From: a virus
Taxonomy: Duplodnaviria > Caudoviricetes
DNA length: 35,859 bases
Reading direction: 5' to 3' (one strand)
IMG/VR virus record: IMGVR_UViG_3300027265_000050
Coordinates: 1 to 35,859 of that record
Each line of letters opens with the position of its first letter. Positions within the stretch are counted from its first letter, which is position 1. Below, in pieces: positions 24,756 to 34,233 of the stretch. Position numbers and translations under genes: made by a program. The notes below the pieces were generated by a model. The model ran no database searches. It saw nothing but the letters and a program-made list of their open reading frames with translations, and was not told where the DNA came from.

Positions 24756-27005
24756 ATGTCAGACGTACTATCATACACACTTTCATTACAAGATCAGATC
24801 AGCGCTAAACTGCAGAAGATTGGTGTTAGCTCTGACCATGCTCTTGATATTTTTTCGAAGCTTCAGAAACAAAGCCTATCGATGGGCAAGATCATGGGCG
24901 AAACCGGGAGGAGTGTTGGAAGCCTTCAGATGAAGCTCGACCTGTTAAAACGTGAGCGCGACTGGATACCGGAGAAAAATTTAACCGATATCAAACGTTA
25001 TAATTCCGAAATCAACAAACTTGAAAAGCAAATAAACCACCTTCAGACAACGACCGGAAGTCGTATGTCGAAGGTGACAAACGCTTTATCCGCTATTCCC
25101 GGAGCTGAGCTTTTAACCAATCCAATTGTACAGGCTGGTGCCGCTCTGTTCGGTGCCGGTAAGATGGCATTCAGCTTTGATGAGGGCATGGCAAAGATTA
25201 ATACCACCGCTCAAATGTCGCAGCCTCAGCTTGCGGCTTTCAAAAAAGAATTGATTGCAATTGGAGTCGACGCAAAGGCTAACCTTTCCACAGTTCCTGA
25301 AGCATATGAAAAGATTCTCAGCCAGACAAATGACGTTGCGCTTTCAACCGATATACTGAAACAATCATTGAAAGGCGCGAAAGCGGGCTTCACTGATCAA
25401 TCTATTGTAGCGGAAGCGCTGGCACAAACACTCTCCCTGGTAGGCAAAGAAAATACAAATGCGCAGGAAGTTATTGATACACTTTTTGCCGCTAAGCGAG
25501 TAGGAGCTGGTGAGTTTCGTGACTTCGCCCAGTATGTTCCCGGACTGATTGCTTCAGGTCAGGCATTAGGAATGGGCTTTAAACAAACTGCCGGTTTATT
25601 TGCATTTATGACTGGTAAAGGTCAGAGCGCTGAGCGATCGGCTATGCTTATGACAAACGCCTTCACCGCTCTTGGAAAGTCTGAAATTACTGGAGGCATG
25701 GAGAAAGCCGGTATAAAGGTTTTCAATACCGATGGCTCCATGAAGCAAATGGATCAGATATTCAGCCAGGTTCAAAAAAAGATGGAAGCTTTCGGGAAGG
25801 ACGATAAAGCAAAATCCAATTTCCTGGAGAAAATAGGTTTAAGAGATGCCCAGGCGAAACAGGCATTTATGGTAATGGCCAGCGATAGTAAAAAGCTGTC
25901 CGAAACTTTGACCGATGTGGCAAATTCGCAGGGCGAGGCAGATGCTGCTTTTGCTAATTCTATGAATAACATGCAGAAGATTGCCGGGCTTTGGTCGCAG
26001 ATACAAATGATTGCGTTAACGCTTGGAGGCGCTTTATCAACAGTTCTTTCCCCAGCACTTGACGTATTAACTGGAGTATTTTCAGGCTTGAACTCAACAA
26101 TAGAGTATATGACGCATAGATTTCAGAGGCTGTGGGAGCTTTTAAACGATGGCGATCAAACAGCAATTGTATTAACTTCATTAGTTGCAGGGCTAGCCGG
26201 TGTCATGGCAATTCAGGCATTCTGGGCAGGAGCGGTTGCCGTTAAAACTGCACTATGGACAAGTGCCCAATGGCTACTGAATGCTGCTGTAAGCGCAAAC
26301 CCCATTGGCGTTATTATTTTTGGAATAATTGCATTATTTGCCGCCATTGGCTGGATTATTCATAAAACTGATGGCTGGGGCAAGCAATGGGATTCCGTTG
26401 TAAGTTTTATGAAGTATAGTTTTATGGCTTTTGTTGAGGGTATCAAGTTATACTGGAATACCTGGATAGAAGGGTTTATGATCGGACTCGACATCATCAG
26501 GCTAGGGTGGTATAAGTTTAAAGAGGCTATCGGACTTGGTGACTCAGCTGAAAATCAATCAGCAATTGCAAAGATTAACGCTGACGTTGAGGCCAGGCAG
26601 AAAGCGATAACTGACGGTGCAAAGAAGGTAGACGAATATGCCGCAAAAGCTAATAGCGCACTAAAATGGGAGTTATCGTGGAACAACACCAAAAAGTTCA
26701 GCGATGTAACCAGCAGCATCAAGGATAAGATTGGGCTTCCGGGATCAACCGGAATAGCACCGGTAACTCTGCCAGGCTCGCAGGGAACTACTCAGGGCGA
26801 TGGGGAACCGGACGGAACCGGTTCAAAGGTAACCGATGCTATCAGCTCCGGTGGAACCCGCAACAGCTCCGTGCAGATCACCTTTAAAAATATGATTGAA
26901 ACATTTGTTTCGAACGGTGATACGAAAACAACTGAACGTGAATTGGAAGAAGTGGTAATCAGCGTCATGTCCAGAGTTCTTGGTATGGCCCAAAGTACAG
27001 CATAA
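24756..27005 (+). CDS. Tail tape measure protein
   Basis: 749 aa, helical and Ala/Gly-rich; FDEGMAKINT and ANPIGVII motifs. Confidence 0.92.
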   Translation: MSDVLSYTLSLQDQISAKLQKIGVSSDHALDIFSKLQKQSLSMGKIMGETGRSVGSLQMKLDLLKRERDWIPEKNLTDIKRYNSEINKLEKQINHLQTTTGSRMSKVTNALSAIPGAELLTNPIVQAGAALFGAGKMAFSFDEGMAKINTTAQMSQPQLAAFKKELIAIGVDAKANLSTVPEAYEKILSQTNDVALSTDILKQSLKGAKAGFTDQSIVAEALAQTLSLVGKENTNAQEVIDTLFAAKRVGAGEFRDFAQYVPGLIASGQALGMGFKQTAGLFAFMTGKGQSAERSAMLMTNAFTALGKSEITGGMEKAGIKVFNTDGSMKQMDQIFSQVQKKMEAFGKDDKAKSNFLEKIGLRDAQAKQAFMVMASDSKKLSETLTDVANSQGEADAAFANSMNNMQKIAGLWSQIQMIALTLGGALSTVLSPALDVLTGVFSGLNSTIEYMTHRFQRLWELLNDGDQTAIVLTSLVAGLAGVMAIQAFWAGAVAVKTALWTSAQWLLNAAVSANPIGVIIFGIIALFAAIGWIIHKTDGWGKQWDSVVSFMKYSFMAFVEGIKLYWNTWIEGFMIGLDIIRLGWYKFKEAIGLGDSAENQSAIAKINADVEARQKAITDGAKKVDEYAAKANSALKWELSWNNTKKFSDVTSSIKDKIGLPGSTGIAPVTLPGSQGTTQGDGEPDGTGSKVTDAISSGGTRNSSVQITFKNMIETFVSNGDTKTTERELEEVVISVMSRVLGMAQSTA

Positions 27006-27526
27006 TGGACAGAAACCCGGTTATAGGATTTGCATTACCTCCATTTGTCTTCAGCGGCAAATCGGTGGTAATTATTGATAAGGGCACAATGAACGTTGAC
27101 GGATATAACGCTTCCGGCAATCAGTTCCCGCTTACCCTCCGGGCTGATGGACTTTCGGACTTCACTTTCCCGCTCGATCCGATTATAAGCCTCAGTTTTA
27201 AAAACATCATCACCAAGCGCACAGTTGCCAAAGGTAAAAACCGTGGTACCGTAAAAGAGCGATGGACTGAGGATGATGTAGAAATAAGTATTTCAGGTGT
27301 GTTCATTTCGAAGGATGGCGAATATCCAACAGAAGTAAATCAGCTGCGCGCTTTCTTCGCCCAGCACAAAGCTGTAGAAGTGATTTGTGATCATCTGAAC
27401 CAGCGCGATATTCACCAGATCGTACTTGAAAAATTAAACCTGCCACACACAAAAGGCAGCGAAAACCAGGCTTTTGAAATAGATGCCTCATCCGATGACG
27501 TGTTTCAACTCTTAATCGAAAGCTAA
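27005..27526 (+). CDS. Tail tube initiator / baseplate protein (DUF6046-like)
   Basis: KNIITKRTV...RGTVKE...DDVEISISG, after the tape measure gene. Confidence 0.7.
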   Translation: MDRNPVIGFALPPFVFSGKSVVIIDKGTMNVDGYNASGNQFPLTLRADGLSDFTFPLDPIISLSFKNIITKRTVAKGKNRGTVKERWTEDDVEISISGVFISKDGEYPTEVNQLRAFFAQHKAVEVICDHLNQRDIHQIVLEKLNLPHTKGSENQAFEIDASSDDVFQLLIES

Positions 27527-28473
27527 TGTTCGACATAACCTGGGAAATTAAAGTAGGCAAGTATAAGCTTATGATGCTCGACAGCGCAACGATCATGCGC
27601 TCGGTTGAGCAATTGAGCGATACTGCCGAAATTTTACTTCCGGGTTCGTGTTTTAACAAAGCTATCGAAATTGAGAAATCAATAAAAAGAGGTGACGCAG
27701 TTACGATTATGGCTGGTTACGACGGTAAGAATGAAACTGAGTTCTCCGGTTACCTGGAGGCGATTGCCACTGATGACGGAGCCATCACCCTGAAGTGTGA
27801 GGACGGTATTTATAATTTTAGGAAGCCGGTAAAAGACAAAGAATTTACCAAGCCGGATGTAAAAGAGATCCTCGGTTATATATGCTCAGAAATAGGAGGT
27901 TACAGCGTCAACTGCGACTACTCATTTACCTACGACAAATACGTGATCCGGGGTAATACCGGGTACGATGTGTTGAAGAAAATACAGGAAGAAACTAAGG
28001 CAAACATTTACCTGAAGGATAAAGTTCTGCACGTTCATCCACAGTACAAGGAGATTTTTGGCACTGCAAAATATTCGTTCCAGGTTAATATTGAAAAAAG
28101 CGATCTGGAGTACCGGATTGCTGAAGACCGGCCCTATGAAGTAACTGTGGAAGGAAAAGGAGCTGACGGCAAAGTGATCCGGGTAACATCGGGTAAAAAA
28201 GGCGGCGACAGCGAAACCATAAAGCGTGACGGAGTGAGCGACATAGGGTCACTCACCAAGTTAGCTGAAGAGGTGGCTAAACGAAAAAGCTATACTGGGT
28301 ATTCCGGGAGCTTCACCGGCTGGCTGATTCCCTGGTGCGATGCCGGGGATAAAGTAAGCCTGAAAGATGATGACTACGAATTTAAAAACGGCGACTACTA
28401 TGTATTATCCGTTGAAACGAAAATAAGCAAATCGGGCGGTGAGCGGACGGTCAAAATCGGAATGAAGATATGA
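27526..28473 (+). CDS. Baseplate hub protein (P2 gpD / Mu gp44-like)
   Basis: SVEQLSDTAEILLP, GYDG..EFSGY, YSGSFTGW; size and position. Confidence 0.8.
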   Translation: MFDITWEIKVGKYKLMMLDSATIMRSVEQLSDTAEILLPGSCFNKAIEIEKSIKRGDAVTIMAGYDGKNETEFSGYLEAIATDDGAITLKCEDGIYNFRKPVKDKEFTKPDVKEILGYICSEIGGYSVNCDYSFTYDKYVIRGNTGYDVLKKIQEETKANIYLKDKVLHVHPQYKEIFGTAKYSFQVNIEKSDLEYRIAEDRPYEVTVEGKGADGKVIRVTSGKKGGDSETIKRDGVSDIGSLTKLAEEVAKRKSYTGYSGSFTGWLIPWCDAGDKVSLKDDDYEFKNGDYYVLSVETKISKSGGERTVKIGMKI

Positions 28474-28979
28474 ACGGCGGGATAGCAGAGATAAGGGAAC
28501 AGATACAGCGTATTGCCGGAACCTATAAACCCGGTGATGTTGCTTTTGTAGCTGAAGTAACCGCAGTAGCCGACACGGATTGCACTGTGAAGCTTGGAGA
28601 ACTGGAGCTGACTAAGGTTAGGCTGTTCAGCCAGGCAACGGAAGCCGGTAACATCCTTTTCAAGCCTATGGTAGGAAGCATGGTAACCGTGGCTGACTTT
28701 AGTTCAGGGAAGCTTCGCGACCTACAAGTGATCAGTTGTGATAAAATCACTTTGATAAAGTTTGTTGAAAACGGCCTCACGATTGAAATAGACAGTGTAA
28801 CTAAAAAACTGGATATAAAGAACGACCAGGTAGGGTTAAAGGATTTGTTCCAGGCGGTTGCCGATATCGTAAAGCAACTTACCGTAAGCACACCGGCTGG
28901 GCCTTCGGGAACTCCGCTACCTCCAACTCTAGCTTCAGTAACTCAGTTTGAAACTAATTTTAATTTGCTTTTAAAATAG
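28470..28979 (+). CDS. Baseplate central spike-like protein
   Basis: OB-fold-like N-terminus (VRL...KPMVGSMVTV); C-terminal TPAGPSGTP. Confidence 0.65.
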   Translation: MNGGIAEIREQIQRIAGTYKPGDVAFVAEVTAVADTDCTVKLGELELTKVRLFSQATEAGNILFKPMVGSMVTVADFSSGKLRDLQVISCDKITLIKFVENGLTIEIDSVTKKLDIKNDQVGLKDLFQAVADIVKQLTVSTPAGPSGTPLPPTLASVTQFETNFNLLLK

Positions 28980-28985
28980 ACTTAA

Positions 28986-29216
28986 ATGCCACTTAACAAA
29001 GCATCTCTCAAGACAGGTATCGAAGCCCTGCTGAACAACACAGCAGCGAATGCGGGTACCTATGCCGATTTCGCGGCAGGTTTAGCTGACCTGATTGACG
29101 CCTACGTTAAGACGGGTACCGTTAGTGTGCCTGCAGGGATAGCAGTTGCAACTACCGGCACAGCAGCGGCACAAACGGGAGTAACAACATCAGTCGGCAC
29201 AGGAACAATATCATGA
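28986..29216 (+). CDS. Small baseplate/spike-associated protein
   Basis: 76 aa, LADLIDAYVK, Thr/Gly-rich C-terminus. Confidence 0.55.
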   Translation: MPLNKASLKTGIEALLNNTAANAGTYADFAAGLADLIDAYVKTGTVSVPAGIAVATTGTAAAQTGVTTSVGTGTIS

Positions 29217-29509
29217 CAAACCACAGCGATATATTACTCGACTCAACTTACGACCTCCTGGAGCGCGATGGTGACTTTGTGACTGGTGATGCCATTACCC
29301 AGCAGCAGGCATTGCTCCTTGCAACTGGCGAAGGAGAGTGGAAGCAATCGCCGGTAGTTGGTGTGGGACTGGATATGTTCCTCCTGGATGAATCAGAGCT
29401 AGAGGCAATGCGCAAGATCAGGCAGCAGTTCAAGTCGGACGGACTGCTGATCACACAACTAAAGAAAACGAATGACGGTAACTTAACCATACAAGCACAA
29501 CATGCGTAG
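29213..29509 (+). CDS. Baseplate wedge / sheath initiator (gp25/gpW-like)
   Basis: GDFVTGD...GEWKQSP.VGVGL. Confidence 0.7.
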   Translation: MTNHSDILLDSTYDLLERDGDFVTGDAITQQQALLLATGEGEWKQSPVVGVGLDMFLLDESELEAMRKIRQQFKSDGLLITQLKKTNDGNLTIQAQHA

Positions 29510-29729
29510 CGTATATTCAAAGTCGGGTCAAAACATCTGGGACATCGCCATCAGGCATATGGGTGGGGTTGATTCGATTTTTACAATTCTATCCTTAAAC
29601 CCGGCGATCAGTGTTGATCAAACAATACCCACCGACACTGAGGTATTTCTACCGGACAATGCAGACAAGCAGCGGGTAGTTGATTACTATGTGCTGAACA
29701 ATATCGAACCTTCAACCGGAATAGTATAA
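29502..29729 (+). CDS. LysM / tail-X-like baseplate protein
   Basis: GQNIWDIAIRHMG...ILSLNP. Confidence 0.75.
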   Translation: MRSVYSKSGQNIWDIAIRHMGGVDSIFTILSLNPAISVDQTIPTDTEVFLPDNADKQRVVDYYVLNNIEPSTGIV

Positions 29730-30592
29730 TGGCACGAACAATCGCAGAAATATACGACGCTCTCAACCAGGTAAAAGGCAATATGTCGGAACTGGGTGTA
29801 TACGTGAATAACGACGCTCAGAGTGTTGATACAGCTAAAAAGCTGGTGAACGACGTGCGAAACACATCAAGAGTGGCTATTTGGAGATTATGGCTGTGGA
29901 TCGTGGCCGTGGGATCATGGGTTATTGAGAACTATATGGACGCTCATGAGGCTAAGATTAATGCAATAATTGCTGCTGATAAACCGCACACGCTCAACTG
30001 GTACGCAGCCGAAAGTAAAAAGTTTCAGTATGGGTACGAAATTACCTGGCTGAACGATCATTTCGGCTACGCGGCAACTGATGTACTGTCACAAATTGTC
30101 ATGTACTCGGCGGCAATAGAGAATATAGGCGGCGGAGTAACAATTAAAGTTCTGAAAGCTGCCCGCATTCCGTTAACAATTCAGGAGCTTGATGCGCTTA
30201 AATCGTTTTGGGCACGGTGGAAAGATGCGGGTGTGAACCTGGATGTAATCAGCAATGGCGTGAATAACACATGGTTTTCAGCCGATATTTACAGGAATAG
30301 AAATATTGTAAACGCTGATAATACACTTATAGCCGACCCTGCCGTAAATGTAGTTACTGATCCGGCAAACGCTTATATAAATTCAGTTGAGTTTAACGGC
30401 ACAATTTACTACCTGCAATTGATGCAGGATATTATGAATCAGCCGGGCATCGCTAATGCAGTACTTACCTCAGCTCAGGTCGACGAAGGCACCTGGGGAG
30501 CCGCCGGCTCCTGGACACTGATACCTCTGTCCGGTTTCGCGTCAATCGATTGGCTCGCTTGTACAATTACCTATCACGATGTATATGAGTAA
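29729..30592 (+). CDS. Baseplate wedge protein (gpJ-like)
   Basis: MARTIAEI...SRVAIWRLW...PHTLNWY...FQYG...KDAGV; position. Confidence 0.72.
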   Translation: MARTIAEIYDALNQVKGNMSELGVYVNNDAQSVDTAKKLVNDVRNTSRVAIWRLWLWIVAVGSWVIENYMDAHEAKINAIIAADKPHTLNWYAAESKKFQYGYEITWLNDHFGYAATDVLSQIVMYSAAIENIGGGVTIKVLKAARIPLTIQELDALKSFWARWKDAGVNLDVISNGVNNTWFSADIYRNRNIVNADNTLIADPAVNVVTDPANAYINSVEFNGTIYYLQLMQDIMNQPGIANAVLTSAQVDEGTWGAAGSWTLIPLSGFASIDWLACTITYHDVYE

Positions 30593-31040
30593 CATCTCGC
30601 TATATAGGATCGCAATGTTTCACACAGGCTTTATATTAAGGCCTACCGTGAAGTTTACAAAGTGGCTTCGGGTAATGGTTTCATACCTTCAGTACCTGAG
30701 CTTAAGGCATGAGTTATTTGCTGGTGAAACACAGCTACAGTCATATATGAACGGACAGGTGTGTAACCTGGAAAAATTACTCCAGATGTACATATCCCCT
30801 CAGGCGGTGATAAACCCGAAAGCTTTCGAAGTGACACTCTGGCTCGAGGCTGAACCAGCAGGAAGTGATCTTTTTATCAGCGATACCGCCGGTCAGATAT
30901 TTTTTACTGAAGCGGAATTCGGGTTGAATGAATTTACAGTAGTTCTCCCGGCTTCGGCATCACCATTAATAAACTACGTGCGTGAACTTTTAAATGCTTA
31001 TAAACTCCCAGGCAAACAATATACAATCGTACTTCAATGA
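30585..31040 (+). CDS. Baseplate wedge protein (gpI-like)
   Basis: NGQVCNLEKLL...FTVVLP...YKLPGKQY; follows the gpJ-like gene. Confidence 0.65.
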   Translation: MSNISLYRIAMFHTGFILRPTVKFTKWLRVMVSYLQYLSLRHELFAGETQLQSYMNGQVCNLEKLLQMYISPQAVINPKAFEVTLWLEAEPAGSDLFISDTAGQIFFTEAEFGLNEFTVVLPASASPLINYVRELLNAYKLPGKQYTIVLQ

Positions 31041-31798
31041 AAAAAATTAAATTTCTGGCCGGGGGGCAACCATTCCGGTCAACAGACTTCAAGGTGATAC
31101 AGGACAATGCGCTGGTATCAATTGCCGAGATGCTTGCTGCCTCCTCACTCGGCAATACAGTAATAGTTGGCGGGCTTGTATTCGACTTTGCAGCTTTGCA
31201 CGATCCTGCTGACCCAATAACGGTGCCAGCTGGTTATGTTTTCGACCAGGTTGAGCTTTGTCGGGTTCCGGAAACATCATTCACCTACGACGCTGCAAAG
31301 AGCATCTACCTGCGCTTAACAATTTCGGAGACATCAAGTCGCACAGTTGGCGGCATACCTCAGTACGTAATTGAAGAGCGAATGTATACAGTTATTTATA
31401 CAGCTACTCCAATTTTGGGAGATGTACTTCTATCATCGCTTACAAGGCTTACTCCTGTAACTGATGTTTCGTATGCTTTGAATCAAAGTCACGGTGCTAT
31501 TGCGCTACAGGCGGGTTATGCTGCAACGCTGGGTACAGGCATGTATGCAATTGCTAACCAGCATGGCGATATTATGATATTGTGTCAGTTTACCGCAACG
31601 GTGGCAGCCGGAGTTGTAGCAATACTACCCACCCAACACCGGCCAGCCAGCACTGTAATTGGCTGGTACAAAAATGTGAGTTCAATTGTGCCTCTTGAAA
31701 TCCGCGCTAATGGCGAAGTAGCCATTTCCGGTGCAAGCACAAGCGGTGACAATGTGATTATGTTCCGCTTCAACAAAAATGTAAGTTACACTTTATAA
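31037..31798 (+). CDS. Tail fibre / fibre-attachment protein
   Basis: GGQPF...DF..IQ N-terminus; C-terminal LP...RP...EIRANGEV domain. Confidence 0.65.
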   Translation: MKKIKFLAGGQPFRSTDFKVIQDNALVSIAEMLAASSLGNTVIVGGLVFDFAALHDPADPITVPAGYVFDQVELCRVPETSFTYDAAKSIYLRLTISETSSRTVGGIPQYVIEERMYTVIYTATPILGDVLLSSLTRLTPVTDVSYALNQSHGAIALQAGYAATLGTGMYAIANQHGDIMILCQFTATVAAGVVAILPTQHRPASTVIGWYKNVSSIVPLEIRANGEVAISGASTSGDNVIMFRFNKNVSYTL

Positions 31799-31809
31799 CG
31801 CATAAAAAA

Positions 31810-32142
31810 ATGAGCAAATTCAAACAATTAACACCAGCCTACGCAATAGCCACTGGTGATCATGATTTTGAGGCAATGCAGGCAACCGGCAACCTGTGTA
31901 TGATAACCACAGAGATTTCCGGACTTAATGCCGCCGATGCATCTGTTGAGCTGCATCAGAGCATAGACTCAGTAGAATGGGGCCTTGTGCCCGATTCGCC
32001 GCAAACGCTTGCAGTTGGGCAAACATCGCACCAGTGGAACCTGGCCGGAGTTGTAAGAGGAGCGTTTTTGCGGGTATCGCTGAAAAAAGGAACGGCAACC
32101 GCAGGTATTGTTAACAAAATAAAAATGATGTGCGATGATTAA
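31810..32142 (+). CDS. Small beta-sandwich virion-associated protein
   Basis: VELHQSIDSVEW...FLRV pattern; position among fibre genes. Confidence 0.5.
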   Translation: MSKFKQLTPAYAIATGDHDFEAMQATGNLCMITTEISGLNAADASVELHQSIDSVEWGLVPDSPQTLAVGQTSHQWNLAGVVRGAFLRVSLKKGTATAGIVNKIKMMCDD

Positions 32143-33478
32143 TACCGTAAAGAATATTAATATGGGATCGGGCGCAGGTGCGACACCTAGTGTTCTCCTG
32201 GTTGAAAAGACTCACGCCGAACTTCGTGCGCTACAGCTAGCCTCAGGATTAGAGGCGGGTCGTAAATATAAGCTTACGGACTTCATCACAAAGCACAATG
32301 TGATGAATGGAAATAATATATTACCAGAGGTGCTAACTGCCGAATATGGTGAGCCACTTATTCTTACCGCTTCAAGCCAAACAGCTTTTTACGAAAGAGT
32401 TGAAAGCGTATACGGGATAGATGTTATACACTACGACATTAATGATGATAAGTGCGAGGACGGTATAACACCCCGCCCCGGAAGTATCACTTATCGGAGG
32501 AATATTAATGGGGTTGAAACATACTACGATTTTCGTAGTGTGAGATTTCGCAGGTGGAGGGTAAATACATCTGTAATCCCTACATGGGTAAGCGGTGGTA
32601 CATATAATCAAGATGATTTCGTAATACACAATTCAATACTTTACATCTGCTTGATGAATGTAACAGGCGAGGTGACAGTTCCTGCCTCCGCTGGAAAAAA
32701 TTATACTCCTATCTGTTATGTTGGTGCGCTTACTGCAACGAAAACTCCTTATATATCAGCATACAACACAACAATGATAATAGGAAGCGCATATGATGTG
32801 TTTAAAAATATTCCTATCGATTCTACTCAATACATGGATTATTACACCTGCTCAGGCATTCAATATGCTAGCGAGTCTAGCGATGTTATGATGGATATTA
32901 AGATTGAGAAGTTTGTAGTTATGGGAGCCAAGAGACTGAATAATATTGTTCTACTTGATAATCTGTCTTACACCACTTTTGGCAACACATTCGGGGTTAG
33001 TTGCCACGCAATGACCTTTATCAAAAACACCTTTAATAATACTTTCGGATCAGGTTGTTATAATTTTCTGTGCAGCACCAATTTCAGAGGAAATATGGTT
33101 AAACAAGGCTATAACAATACATTCTTTGCTGACACATCAGACAATCTTTTCAACGGCATATACAATTGTATATTCGGTTCATGTACTTGTAATCAATTCA
33201 ATTCGAATAATATAGGACACGCGATAATGACGGGTATTAGAGACTGCGTTATTAACGCGCATATCACACATTGGGTTATCGGTAGCTGGCTGAAATACCT
33301 TACGGTTGAGGCGGGATGCGAATTGCTTGAAGGAACTATATATATGTATCAACCTCCGATAACCGCTTTTGTGTACACAGCAGTATCAAAGAGAATGATA
33401 TTAGATACGGGCGGATTTGTTAAAATGCAGTATTTGAACGCTGATGGAACATTCGCATTAATCGACCCACTTACATAA
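32135..33478 (+). CDS. Receptor-binding / tail spike protein with beta-helix-like repeats
   Basis: GNTFGVSC / NNTFGSGC / NNTF / NCIFGSC repeats; CBM5/12-like WVSGGTYNQDDFVIHNSILYIC segment. Confidence 0.65.
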   Translation: MINTVKNINMGSGAGATPSVLLVEKTHAELRALQLASGLEAGRKYKLTDFITKHNVMNGNNILPEVLTAEYGEPLILTASSQTAFYERVESVYGIDVIHYDINDDKCEDGITPRPGSITYRRNINGVETYYDFRSVRFRRWRVNTSVIPTWVSGGTYNQDDFVIHNSILYICLMNVTGEVTVPASAGKNYTPICYVGALTATKTPYISAYNTTMIIGSAYDVFKNIPIDSTQYMDYYTCSGIQYASESSDVMMDIKIEKFVVMGAKRLNNIVLLDNLSYTTFGNTFGVSCHAMTFIKNTFNNTFGSGCYNFLCSTNFRGNMVKQGYNNTFFADTSDNLFNGIYNCIFGSCTCNQFNSNNIGHAIMTGIRDCVINAHITHWVIGSWLKYLTVEAGCELLEGTIYMYQPPITAFVYTAVSKRMILDTGGFVKMQYLNADGTFALIDPLT

Positions 33479-33479
33479 C

Positions 33480-33950
33480 ATGAAAAAGCTTTTTATCATC
33501 CTGCTATTACTCCCTGTGCTGGCCGTCGCGCAGGTGTTCAGTAAACAAGAAATTCGGGCTATTGGCTTACGCTCCGGACTCTTGTTTACAGCCGGTGCGT
33601 TCGACGGAACGGCTGAAACGTTGCGCTATCACTATGACGAGTTTCAGTATGTCTTTCCTCGAGCTAATCCGCAGTTCTGGAATCCGGCAATCAGTTGGCC
33701 GAATAAGTATAAAAACGGCGACTACAGGCAAGGCGAAAAGTTTCCGTTAAGTTCTACGGCTCTATGCTGGACTACTGACGGTTTTCACGCCATGCGAACA
33801 CCTCGTAACTTGCTTATGCTTACGGCTATCGTAATACCTCTAGACGGGAAAAAGAGCTTTAAAAAATACTTGATTGAACTCGGGCTTTACTATCTGTCCT
33901 ATACAGGCGGATTTACTCTGACTTACGATGTAATCTATAGGAAGCATTAA
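33480..33950 (+). CDS. Membrane protein with signal peptide, function unknown
   Basis: MKKLFIILLLLPVLAVA-Q signal; further hydrophobic segments; FWNP..SW.NKY and TDGFH motifs. Confidence 0.7.
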   Translation: MKKLFIILLLLPVLAVAQVFSKQEIRAIGLRSGLLFTAGAFDGTAETLRYHYDEFQYVFPRANPQFWNPAISWPNKYKNGDYRQGEKFPLSSTALCWTTDGFHAMRTPRNLLMLTAIVIPLDGKKSFKKYLIELGLYYLSYTGGFTLTYDVIYRKH

Positions 33951-33958
33951 ATAAAAAG

Positions 33959-34093
33959 AGGCCTCTGCCTCTCAGTAGCCGGTCTCAAGCGGCTAAAAAG
34001 TAAAGGTGCGCAAACACCACGACAAAGGCCAATTAAGCCTTGTGGTGTTTGCGCACCTTTTTTATTTGTAAAAATTGAGACTTGACAAAAGTA
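33959..34093 (+). promoter_or_regulatory. Structured leader / attenuator upstream of the modification cassette
   Basis: Perfect 19-bp inverted repeat 34002-34020 / 34042-34060 plus T-tract; upstream hairpin whose loop GTCTCAA is complementary to TTGAGAC (34075-34081). Confidence 0.65.
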
Positions 34094-34233
34094 TGAAAAA
34101 AACTGAAAAGAAAAGTTACGCTTACAAGCCGCAATATGGTATTGTGGTAATGTGCGCTGATGAGCAGGAGCAAATCAAGCTATTTGAGATGCTTCAGAAA
34201 AAAGGATTAAAACTAAAAGTAGTTGTAGTATGA
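34093..34233 (+). CDS. 46-aa protein coupled to the ABC-GNAT gene (missing from the ORF track)
   Basis: MKKTEKKSYAYKPQYGIVVMCADEQEQIKLFEMLQKKGLKLKVVVV; ATGA overlap with the gene at 34230. Confidence 0.8.
   Translation: MKKTEKKSYAYKPQYGIVVMCADEQEQIKLFEMLQKKGLKLKVVVV

Noticed and set aside
22570-31798. Stand-alone contractile injection system or tailocin
   Set aside because: Capsid, portal, terminase and transposase genes are all present, so this is a phage tail.
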